Source of the DNA: Gemmatimonadaceae bacterium
GTDB taxonomy: Bacteria > Gemmatimonadota > Gemmatimonadetes > Gemmatimonadales > Gemmatimonadaceae
Direction: 5' to 3'
Length of the DNA: 35,709 nucleotides
Assembly: GCA_040902005.1 (NCBI GenBank)
Contig: JBBDYA010000084.1
Span: 1-35,709 of the forward strand
Shown: positions 16,497 to 26,346 of the stretch, in pieces
Layout of the letters: each line of letters starts with the position of its first letter
Numbering within the stretch: position 1 is the first letter of the stretch
The notes under the pieces: model-generated
Told to the model about the DNA's origin: nothing
The model's database searches: none
The model's input: the letters and a program-made list of their open reading frames with translations, nothing else
Position numbers and translations under genes: made by a program

Positions 16497-19400
16497 ACAC
16501 GCTTGGCGACGCAATGATCAAGGTGGGGGAGAAGGAGATTCGTCCCACTGCCCGGATGGTCTTCGCGGCGTTGTTGTATTTGTGCATCGAGCGTGGGCGC
16601 CGAGTGCCTCGGACCGCGTTACAGGAGCTGTTGTTTCCGAATGCAGGTGAGCGAAGCGGGGCGCACTCGTTGCGTCAACTCCTGTACAAACTGAGGCAAC
16701 TCGGGGTTCCTCTCGAGACAGATGACAGCAGCGTCACGATCGCCGCGTCCGCTGTCGCGATCGATAACCAGTTCATAGCGCCAGATAGCGCTGTGATTCC
16801 GGAGCAGATTTCATCGGGATTGCTCCCGGGCTACGATGGTGACGTGTCACCATCATTTCAGCACTGGCTGGAGGAGCTGCGCGCGACAACCGGCACGGCC
16901 CTGCGCTCCAGTCTTATTCGAAGACTGGCACACAGTCGCTCCATCGCCGATTACGAGGGTGTTCACAGGTCGGCTCTTGCCATGCTCAAGCTCGATCCTC
17001 TCAATGAGGAAGCGGTGTACGCACTCGCGGAAGTGTTTGCGTTGACGGGCAAGAAGGCAGAGGCCATTCGCGTATTGGATGACTACTCGGCGGAGCTGGG
17101 CCCGGGGGCCGCCAGCTTGCAACTGGCGCCGGCTCTGCTGAAGAGGCGGCTGGTGGAAGTGATCTGCCGCCACGACCAACAGCAACCGCCCTTCGTGGGG
17201 CGGCAGCAGGCCCTGTCCCCGCTTTCGCGACAGTTTGCGCGCAGCGCTGAGGGCAACCCAAGTGTCAGCTTCCTCTGGGGAAGTGCGGGGATCGGAAAAA
17301 CGCGTTTGCTTCGCGAATTCGAGAAGTATGCGCTGCTTCAGCGGGCAAGGTGCGTGTGGGCGCACTGCCACGAATATGACGTGCACCGGCCGCTCGGCGC
17401 GTTCGTCGACCTTGTGCCAACGCTCCTGGCAGCACCCGGCGCACTGGGCGTGTCGCCTACCTCGATGGACTCGTTGCGGCGTCTTGCGAGCGCTCCGGCT
17501 AGCGACAAGCTGCTGGCTTCTGACAGCGCGGAGGTCGTAGCGACAGGCATTCGCGAGGCATTGACCGATCTGATACTCTGTGTTGCTGAGGAGAGAACTC
17601 TTGTCCTTCTGATTGAGGACGCACACTGGCTCGACCAGGTCTCTCTGCAACTGCTCCTGTCGTTCTTGCCCGAGCAACGGGCACGGCTGCACATAGCCGT
17701 TACGAGTCGTCAACCGCCGCGGTTCGACCGGATTCGCTTGGCGCAGAACGTGTTCGTGCAGCAACTGGAACCGCTGAGCAACGCCGACGCGCGCGTACTC
17801 ATCGACTCTCTATTGACTTCACCTGATTCGGCCGAGTCGGAGCGCGAGCAATGCCTTGCGCTTGCCGGAGGTAACCCACTCTTCCTCTGTACGCTGGCCG
17901 AGCACCTTCGGTGGAGCGGTACAACTCCTCCAGCCTCATCCCGCATAGCCGATCTGCTCCAACAGCGCACCAGAGTGCTTGAGCCACGAGCACTCCTGCT
18001 CCTGCGATGCATCGCCGTGTTCGGGAAACACGGCACGCACGGAAGGCTTTCTGATGCCTCCGGCCTGCCCGCTGACGAGCTGCTCCTCGCTCTCCAGCAG
18101 TTGGGCGATCAGTCCCTTGTCATGCGCATCAATGGCTCAATCGCCTGCTGCCATGACCTGCTCGAAAGCGCTGTCATTTCCGACTCTCCCGAGTCTCTCA
18201 TGTGCGCGCTGTACGAGCGCGTCGCGCAGGTGTTGGAAAAGGAAGGAGAAGCCAACAAGGAGGCCCCGCTTCTCTGGACGTGTGCCGACCTCTGGGCCCG
18301 ATCTGGCCATCGGTCGAGCGCAACGAAGGCATTCAGGAAGTGCGCCCGGTCAGCGCTCGAAGTCGGCCAGCCGCTGTTCGCAACCGATGCCATCGAACGA
18401 GCGCTCGAAATGTGCGATGAGACACAACGCCTGGAACTACTGGCAGATGCTGCCATTGCCGCGAAGCAGTCAGACAACGCCCCGCTCGTGGTGCGCAACA
18501 TAGCGAGGCTAAAGGCAGCCTATCGCACTGCCGGCAGGCATCTTCCGGAGCATGGGCAATTCGAACTCGACGAGATCAACGCCATCCGGAGATCGGGCCG
18601 CTCCATCTGGGAATATCGCGATCGGCTTCGCCGCTGTGCCACATCACCGGATGCTACGACCGAGCACAGGCTCGAGGCGGCAAGATACTTTCTCTATACG
18701 GCAGAGCAGAATTTGGCACGCGAGGAAGCCGTCGCGTTGTTTCACAGCGTGGACTTACTTCGTAGCAGGGTCCAGCCAGCTGACAGCCAATGCCTCCAAT
18801 TCGAGATGGTCTATCACTGCTGTTTTGGTGACATGTCCATCGCGGGCGAATTGGCCACGCAGCTCCTGGATACCATTCGACGAAACGCGGCAGGGCTCCC
18901 TTATCTGAATCTTGGGAATGCCGGCGTGGTCCTGTTCCGGGCTGGCAGACTCACTGAAGCACTCGGCGTTCTGACAGATGCGCACGTCGCCGCGGTGCGT
19001 TTTGGGCAGACTCTCGCGTCCATCGACTACGCGGCCTTTCTGTCGTATGCACACAACGTCTCGGGTGACCCGGTCGAGGCAGAGATATGGTATGCCCGCG
19101 CGGATGCCATCTGCGAACAGAACAATGTGCTGGCCATTCCACATTATCACCTATTCAACCGGATCGAGGCAGCGTTGCTGCGTGGTGACGCACAGTTGGC
19201 ACAGCAACACATGCTCCGTGCTCGTGACTCATTCGCCGATATCTCAGCCGGATATCCAGTGCGGGCTAAGCACGCGTTTGATATTCTACTGCGCCGCCTG
19301 GATGCCTCACTAGCGCCGGACGTCGTTGATCTGGATGAGTTGCGACGCCTGGACAATCTTGGTCGCAATACGGCCGAGCACGACATCTTCGCGTTCGCGC

Positions 19401-19603
19401 TGTCCATCGCCCTGGAGGCGACCGGAGACCAGGAGGAAGCACGACATCGCCTTCAACAGTATTTGCACAGGTGGCGCAGAGAACGCCACCCGCTACCCAA
19501 GTACCTTCACGATCACATAATGAAGTTCGGCATCGCAGAGGTAGCCGCCCCAAATGTTCGAGGCCACAACGGGCTGCCACTCCCCGATACAGAGCTCAGC
19601 TGA
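16484..19603 (+). CDS. SARP/AfsR-like regulator: wHTH-BTAD, AAA/STAND ATPase, helical (TPR-like) C-terminus
   Basis: GGAGG-8 nt-GTG start giving 'MIELHTLG'; 'HSLRQLLYKLR'; BTAD 'LKLDPLNEEA'; 'PFVGR'; Walker A 'GSAGIGKT'; Walker B 'LLIEDAHWLD'; 'AGGNPLFL'; lower GC than flanks. Confidence 0.9.
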   Translation: MIELHTLGDAMIKVGEKEIRPTARMVFAALLYLCIERGRRVPRTALQELLFPNAGERSGAHSLRQLLYKLRQLGVPLETDDSSVTIAASAVAIDNQFIAPDSAVIPEQISSGLLPGYDGDVSPSFQHWLEELRATTGTALRSSLIRRLAHSRSIADYEGVHRSALAMLKLDPLNEEAVYALAEVFALTGKKAEAIRVLDDYSAELGPGAASLQLAPALLKRRLVEVICRHDQQQPPFVGRQQALSPLSRQFARSAEGNPSVSFLWGSAGIGKTRLLREFEKYALLQRARCVWAHCHEYDVHRPLGAFVDLVPTLLAAPGALGVSPTSMDSLRRLASAPASDKLLASDSAEVVATGIREALTDLILCVAEERTLVLLIEDAHWLDQVSLQLLLSFLPEQRARLHIAVTSRQPPRFDRIRLAQNVFVQQLEPLSNADARVLIDSLLTSPDSAESEREQCLALAGGNPLFLCTLAEHLRWSGTTPPASSRIADLLQQRTRVLEPRALLLLRCIAVFGKHGTHGRLSDASGLPADELLLALQQLGDQSLVMRINGSIACCHDLLESAVISDSPESLMCALYERVAQVLEKEGEANKEAPLLWTCADLWARSGHRSSATKAFRKCARSALEVGQPLFATDAIERALEMCDETQRLELLADAAIAAKQSDNAPLVVRNIARLKAAYRTAGRHLPEHGQFELDEINAIRRSGRSIWEYRDRLRRCATSPDATTEHRLEAARYFLYTAEQNLAREEAVALFHSVDLLRSRVQPADSQCLQFEMVYHCCFGDMSIAGELATQLLDTIRRNAAGLPYLNLGNAGVVLFRAGRLTEALGVLTDAHVAAVRFGQTLASIDYAAFLSYAHNVSGDPVEAEIWYARADAICEQNNVLAIPHYHLFNRIEAALLRGDAQLAQQHMLRARDSFADISAGYPVRAKHAFDILLRRLDASLAPDVVDLDELRRLDNLGRNTAEHDIFAFALSIALEATGDQEEARHRLQQYLHRWRRERHPLPKYLHDHIMKFGIAEVAAPNVRGHNGLPLPDTELS

Positions 19604-19644
19604 TTCATGGCAGCGGTGGGCTCGCTCCTGTTCTGCACTGTCTC

Positions 19645-19735
19645 GATGACGCGGCGATGACGCCCGACACTACACTACCTTGCGCATCACGCGGCAATGC
19701 GAGTCGGAGGACGGTTCGGCGATATATAGAGCTGC
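19645..19735 (+). repeat. Direct repeat copy B (degenerate leader; start codon changed GTG to GCG)
   Basis: Near-identical to 16415-16496 with a 5-bp CACTA duplication, a 4-bp TATA insertion and a few substitutions. Confidence 0.92.
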
Positions 19736-19764
19736 GCGCGCCACCCCTCTTTGAAGACCCGACG

Positions 19765-21111
19765 CTACGCCCGCCTTGAAGCGCCGGCGCGCTCGCTAGT
19801 CAGGATACTTAGCACATTGCTGGGCGCTTCGACCGCAGGAGTAGGGGTAAACAGAAGGCGCCACGAACTGGCTGACAAGATTCTGTCAGTCATGGCCGGG
19901 TCGAACTGCGACCCTCTGCATCGCACGATTTCGCTTCGCACCTCGTCCTCGGACATGGTGCGTCGGTAGGAACGCTCCGAACTCATCGCATCGATGGTGT
20001 CCGCAAAAGCGATGATCCGGGAGATCGCCGGGATCGTCTCTCCGGCCAAGCCATCGGGGTAACCAGTTCCATCCCAGCGCTCGTGGTGGTGACGAACAGC
20101 GGGCACAATGTCATGGAGTCGTGACATTGTTGAGATCAGCTCGGCGCCGTCAGACGGATGTTCCTGCATCGTTTGCCACTGGTCGGGTGAAAGCTTGCCA
20201 GGCTTTCTTAGAATCGGCGCATACTTTTCGTGAATCTTACCAACGTCGTGAAGGAGAGCTGCGCGACCTACCTTCTCGACCTCCCCAGGTGCTAGGTCCA
20301 ACGCGCGCGCAATGGCCACAGAAAACTGTTGCACGCGGCGCGAATGACCGGAAGTGTAAGGGTCACGCGCCTCCATCGACTTGACCATCAGCTCCAGAAG
20401 CTCGCTGTTACTCTGCTCAAGATCGAGATTGTTTTTGTGCAGCTGGCGCAGACCAAGCACCGGAACCCAAAGCGCGGCTGCTGCGAAGGCGCCCCAGTTG
20501 ACGTACACCCACGCAAAGAGAAAAATGATCGGACTGGCGAGGACATCGAGGCCGATCGTTGAGAGGTACGTGCCTCTCCAAAGTTCACCGAAGCGCCGAT
20601 TAGATTTGGCGGCGATGTAGCCCAAAACAAGAGTTGAGTTGATCGCGAAGCTGAGCACAAAGGCGATCAACGATGGCAAGCCGTTGGTCAGCGTTACTTG
20701 AGCGAGAGGGATTCCGGCGTAGGCCGCCAAACTCTCGCCGCCTGCCAGGCGATACACCAAGACTGCGCAAGCAAACGTTACTGCTTGTTGTGCGATGTTG
20801 AAGATGGCGGACGTAAGAGCTCTTTTCGACAGCAGTTCAGCCGCAACGCGAACCGCAATCACACCCACCATCGCAATCCAATTGGGGACGATAAGTGCTG
20901 TGGCGAGGTATGGTATGAACGCGATAGAGCCCGTAACCGAATTGGGCATCAGAAGAGCAAGCGCTTCGGCCACCAAGGCGAGTGCGCTCAGGAGAATTAC
21001 CGCTTTGATGGCACCTGACGGGATCGCGCTCTCCGACAGGTAGAGCGCCAAGGAGCAGAGGATCGCAGCGACGCTGGCGAACCCGATATACCACCTTGCG
21101 CGTGTGTTCAT
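19765..21111 (-). CDS. Membrane-anchored HD-GYP cyclic-dinucleotide phosphodiesterase with multi-TM (MASE-like) N-terminal domain
   Basis: About 7-8 hydrophobic segments, then 'EARDPYTSGHSRRV', 'LLHDVGK', 'HHHERWDGTGYPDGLAGE', 'ADTIDAM', 'GSQFDP'. Confidence 0.95.
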   Translation of the reverse strand: MNTRARWYIGFASVAAILCSLALYLSESAIPSGAIKAVILLSALALVAEALALLMPNSVTGSIAFIPYLATALIVPNWIAMVGVIAVRVAAELLSKRALTSAIFNIAQQAVTFACAVLVYRLAGGESLAAYAGIPLAQVTLTNGLPSLIAFVLSFAINSTLVLGYIAAKSNRRFGELWRGTYLSTIGLDVLASPIIFLFAWVYVNWGAFAAAALWVPVLGLRQLHKNNLDLEQSNSELLELMVKSMEARDPYTSGHSRRVQQFSVAIARALDLAPGEVEKVGRAALLHDVGKIHEKYAPILRKPGKLSPDQWQTMQEHPSDGAELISTMSRLHDIVPAVRHHHERWDGTGYPDGLAGETIPAISRIIAFADTIDAMSSERSYRRTMSEDEVRSEIVRCRGSQFDPAMTDRILSASSWRLLFTPTPAVEAPSNVLSILTSERAGASRRA

Positions 21112-21141
21112 AAGAGAGAGGGATGACCCCCTGATCCTCAG

Positions 21142-21201
21142 TTACGTGACAACGATCCATCCGGCAGCCCTAACACACAACTCAACGAAGAGCGTAATCA
21201 T
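21142..21201 (-). CDS. Small ORF, 19 aa MITLFVELCVRAAGWIVVT; candidate signalling-peptide precursor
   Basis: ATG..TAA read directly; preceded by GAAAGGGGGGTGA-cgcgaa (close to AAGGAGGTGA); ends 30 nt before the HD-GYP ATG on the same strand; below the ORF-track size cut-off. Confidence 0.75.
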   Translation of the reverse strand: MITLFVELCVRAAGWIVVT

Positions 21202-21260
21202 TTCGCGTCACCCCCCTTTCAACGAAGTCACGCTGTAACGCGTGCTCCCGCTTAGGTTGG

Positions 21261-21301
21261 CTCCGCTCAACTGCATACTTCCCTGCGCTCTCCGCTCAAC
21301 T
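21261..21301. repeat. 12-bp perfect direct repeat CTCCGCTCAACT (2 copies) upstream of the peptide ORF
   Basis: Copies at 21261-21272 and 21290-21301 (29-bp period). Confidence 0.7.
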
Positions 21302-21541
21302 TCGCTCTCGAGGGAGGGGGTCAGTCCGTTTTTTTGGTAGGTAGGTTCCGTGCCCTTCGCGGTGAGATGTTCTGTCGGCCGCCGCGTCGCGACCGCACGG
21401 GCACTGCGTCCTTCACTTCCACTGCTGCACGTCCATAAAAGTCTCGGCCACTCCCGCCGGCCGTTCAGTTGCTATCCCAGCAGCACCAGCACCGAGCCGC
21501 CACCACCACCCACGGTGGTCACCTCGCTCGGGTCCCCCAAC

Positions 21542-22348
21542 TCACGCCTTCGAGTATTCAACCCACCGGTTGGTCGCGTCAAGCACCGCCAGCACCGCGC
21601 TCTGCTCCGGGCTCTCCTTCACTTCCGCGCTCCCGGTGAGTAGCGAGCTGTCCCGGCCAAAACGCGCCGTGATCCCCACGAACACGAACTGCCGGTCGAA
21701 TGCCTCGATCTGTCGGCACCCCTCCAGCCCCAGCGTGCGCGTCCCGCCCTCCGCCGCCGCGATCGCCGCCAGCGCGGCGCGCGACGCCAACTCGATCCGC
21801 TGACGCTCGATCTCCATCCCCTCGCTCTCGCCCACGAACGTCTCGTCACCCTTCCGAAGCGTCACCCGGCAGGCCACGCCCTTCGCCCGCGAGCGCCGCA
21901 CTTCCACGTCCTCGAAGTACAGGCGGCGCCGCGACGTGTCGTCCACCAATGCCGGCGGCGTCACGGCCTGGGGCGCCTGTGCCAGCACCGGTGCCGACGC
22001 CAACTGCGGATGCCCCCCCCCCCCCTGCGCCGGTACCGCCGCGAACTCGCCGCTGCGCTTCATCCCCGGCTCGTTCGTGGTGGCCACGGAGATCTTCTTG
22101 TGGTTCACCCGCATGCCCAGGTGCGCCAGCAGCGCGCTCTCCACGTTCCGCACCGTGGACTTGGGGTTCACCTCGTCCGTGGTGAGCAGGTGGATCTCCT
22201 CCACGGCGCCGCCCGGCGCCACGACGATGCGCGCGCTCACCACCCCCGGCAGTGAGCCGAGCAGTTCCTCGGCTCGCCGGATTGGCAGAACTATGCCCGC
22301 AATCGCGGACGCATCTCCGGAGTGCGGGGAATTGGCGGGGAGTGACAA
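21542..22348 (-). CDS. Two-domain hypothetical protein upstream of the peptide/HD-GYP pair
   Basis: 'LPGVVSARIV...EEIHLL...PKSTVRNVESALLAHLGMRVNHKKISVA', linker, 'FEDVEV...LTGSAEV..SPEQSAVLAVLDATNRW'; TTG 22348 follows AGGGAG; the ORF-track extension to 22651 looks spurious. Confidence 0.8.
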   Translation of the reverse strand: MSLPANSPHSGDASAIAGIVLPIRRAEELLGSLPGVVSARIVVAPGGAVEEIHLLTTDEVNPKSTVRNVESALLAHLGMRVNHKKISVATTNEPGMKRSGEFAAVPAQGGGGHPQLASAPVLAQAPQAVTPPALVDDTSRRRLYFEDVEVRRSRAKGVACRVTLRKGDETFVGESEGMEIERQRIELASRAALAAIAAAEGGTRTLGLEGCRQIEAFDRQFVFVGITARFGRDSSLLTGSAEVKESPEQSAVLAVLDATNRWVEYSKA

Positions 22349-22950
22349 CGCCTGGCTCCCTGTTACTGGTCTGAGTTGTGGCGGGGGCGCATGGTGGATT
22401 CTTCGCCCGACGTGATGAAACGGTCGGCGTCGACCATGCTGCGGTTGGAACCTGTAGAGGTCCGCGGCCAATATGCCGCTTTGCACAGACTCCATCAAGC
22501 GCCAAAACCGCGCAGCGTCGTCGCCTGCCGCTCCATCCCGCCGGACTCTACGTTCCCCGGAGCAGTAATACGACGGCTGACTGTGCCCCGCGTCACGGAA
22601 CCCTGTGCCCGGGCGATCGTCCGCCTTCGCGAAGTACTCCTCGATGCACATGGTGACGATGCTCCATCGCCTCGCCGCGGATCCAGGACTCCTGCTTCCG
22701 GAGATCCGGAACCCTCAGAAAGTGACCTTTGACCACGGCCAGGAACTGCTCCAGCGCCAGGTGCCGCCGCCAGACCTCCACCCATCACCCACCAGGGGGG
22801 GCGCAGCCGGGGCGTCGTCATGGTCGTGGGCTGGCGCCTGCCCTCGTTCCGCCGCGTGGAATGCCTTGCAAGTCGCTACTTCGCAACAATTTGGCTGGAC
22901 AGCCGGTGCCCCTGCCCGCACGGTCACGGAACTTGCTCCGTGACGCTGCC

Positions 22951-23355
22951 ATGAACAGAGCCGCCGTCCTCATACGTATGCTGGGGGTGGCCCTGCCGCT
23001 CGCGCTGTCCGCGTGTGAGACGCGCACGGGCGGGTTCGGCAGGATCACCGGCCCGACGACCGCCGCGCTCAGCGCGCTCACGCTCTCCAGCGGCGTGTTG
23101 AATCCGAGCTTCGCGTCGGGCACCACGGTGTATTCGGCGTCCGTGATCAATGCGACGAGCGAGATCACGGTGACGCCCTTCGCGGCCGAGGGGACCACCA
23201 TCACGGTGGACGGCGCGGTGGTCCCGAGCGGAAGCGCGTCACCCACGATACCACTGGCCGTGGGTGCCAACACGGTGACCATCGGCGTGACCAGCACCAG
23301 CGGGCAGTCGGCCACGTACACCCTGACGATCTCACGGAGCGCGGGCACGCCGTAG
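22951..23355 (+). CDS. Lipoprotein with cadherin-like beta-sandwich domain
   Basis: Lipobox 'LALSAC'; 'LSALTLSSGVLNPSFASGTTVYSASV...IPLAVGANTVTIGVT...TYTLTISR' is typical of the cadherin-like beta-sandwich family. Confidence 0.85.
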   Translation: MNRAAVLIRMLGVALPLALSACETRTGGFGRITGPTTAALSALTLSSGVLNPSFASGTTVYSASVINATSEITVTPFAAEGTTITVDGAVVPSGSASPTIPLAVGANTVTIGVTSTSGQSATYTLTISRSAGTP

Positions 23356-23356
23356 G

Positions 23357-24673
23357 ATGGACGCGGTCGTTCCCGCGCCTGACGCCGATCCCTCAACTCA
23401 GACCATGTCATCCTCTGCGTCTCAGACCATGTCGTCCTCTGCGTCCCCCTCCCCCCCTCTGCCTGATTGCCCGATCGCCGGCGTCCTGTCGGAGCGCCTG
23501 CGCGACGCGCGCTTCGCGCTGTCCCATCGCTGGCTGGAGCGGATCGCCGACCGCGTCACCATCGAGCGGCAGCGAATCTTTCCCACGGACGAACTGCTCG
23601 ATCACGTGCCCCTGCTGATCGAGGGCATCGCGGACTACGTGGCCGATCCGTCGAACGAAGTGGGCACGGACACCCCGGTGGTGGCCAAGGCGATGGAGCT
23701 GGGCGAGCTGCGCCACCGGCAGGGGTTCGACGTCTACCAGATCCTGAAGGAGTATGAGATCCTGGGCGGCATTCTCTTCTCGTACATTGCCGGCGTGGCG
23801 GACGAGATCCAGGAGCCGTGCGACAAGAGCGAGCTGTTGTACTGCGGGCAGCGGCTGTTCAAGGCGGTCACCCTGATTCAGCAGACGACGACGATGCACT
23901 TCCTGCGACTGGCGAACGAGCGCGTCTCCGAGCGCGAGGAGCGCCTGCGGGCGTTCAACCGGTCCGTGTCGCACGAGATCAAGAACCAGATCGGTGCCGT
24001 ACTGGCTGCGAGCGACACCGTGGCGCAGGTGAGCGACCTGGACCCCGACAAGGTGCGTCAGTTCATGGCCATCATCGCCAGGAACGCGCGGACCATGCGG
24101 CAGACAGTGGACAACCTGGTGGCGCTCTCGCGCACCGACCACGACGCCCGCCAACAGCGCAACGTGCTGCTGCCGGACTCCGCGGCCGAGGCCGCGCGCC
24201 AGCTTCGCGAATCGGCTGAAGACGCCGACGTGGAGATCCGGCTGACGGACCTTCCAGCGATCGAGGTGAACGCCGCCGCCGTGGAGCTCTGCCTCATCAA
24301 CCTGCTCTCCAACGCGATCAAGTACTGCGACGCAGGCGTCACCGACCGATTCGTGGAGGTGAGCGGACGCATCGAACCGACGGAATCAGGGACCCGCGAG
24401 ATCGTGATTCGCGTGCGCGACAATGGCGTCGGCGTTCCGGAACCGCAGAGGTCCCAGCTGTTCCGGCGCTTCTTTCGCGCGCAGAACGAGACGGTGTCGC
24501 GCACCGAAGGAACCGGGCTCGGGCTCAGCATCGTGTCCGAGACGGCTGCATCCATCGGCGGGCGGGCGTGGGCCGAGTTCCCCGAGAAGGGATCCGTGTT
24601 CGCCTTCGCCCTTCCCTTTCGCCGCGAGGAGTCGGGCGACCAAATGCCTGACGCTGCCCGCGACGAATCGTGA
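23357..24673 (+). CDS. Cytoplasmic histidine kinase with RsbRD_N-like helical N-terminal domain
   Basis: 'LGELRHRQGFDVYQILKEY'; H-box 'VSHEIKNQI'; 'NLLSNAIKY', 'DNGVG', 'GTGLGL'; start could be a later ATG (23405 or 23429). Confidence 0.9.
   Translation: MDAVVPAPDADPSTQTMSSSASQTMSSSASPSPPLPDCPIAGVLSERLRDARFALSHRWLERIADRVTIERQRIFPTDELLDHVPLLIEGIADYVADPSNEVGTDTPVVAKAMELGELRHRQGFDVYQILKEYEILGGILFSYIAGVADEIQEPCDKSELLYCGQRLFKAVTLIQQTTTMHFLRLANERVSEREERLRAFNRSVSHEIKNQIGAVLAASDTVAQVSDLDPDKVRQFMAIIARNARTMRQTVDNLVALSRTDHDARQQRNVLLPDSAAEAARQLRESAEDADVEIRLTDLPAIEVNAAAVELCLINLLSNAIKYCDAGVTDRFVEVSGRIEPTESGTREIVIRVRDNGVGVPEPQRSQLFRRFFRAQNETVSRTEGTGLGLSIVSETAASIGGRAWAEFPEKGSVFAFALPFRREESGDQMPDAARDES
23397..23444 (+). 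repeat. 24-bp tandem duplication (2 copies, 1 mismatch)
   Basis: ctcagaccatgtcatcctctgcgt / ctcagaccatgtcgtcctctgcgt; in frame, encoding QTMSSSAS twice. Confidence 0.9.
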
Positions 24674-26242
<1,569 letters not shown>

Positions 26243-26346
26243 GTCAGCATTATGCCTAAATGGCAGGCTGGTCGGCTAGGGGGCGTTCCTGCGGGAGATT
26301 TCTGGAGCGGAGTGTGCCCGTGGCGGGAATCAGCGAACGCGCGCGG

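Noticed and set aside
21208..21276. Short ORF MQLSGANLSGSTRYSVTSLKGG ending in the SD of the peptide ORF
   Set aside because: Poorly spaced SD and unremarkable sequence; not excluded as a leader peptide but unsupported
21202..21541. c-di-GMP riboswitch upstream of the HD-GYP gene
   Set aside because: No GEMM-type conserved words and tetraloop/receptor arrangement found by eye; an Rfam scan would be decisive
22921..22937. Sigma-54-like CGGTCACGGAACTTGCT before the cadherin-like lipoprotein
   Set aside because: Good -12 element, but GT replaces the invariant GG at the required spacing
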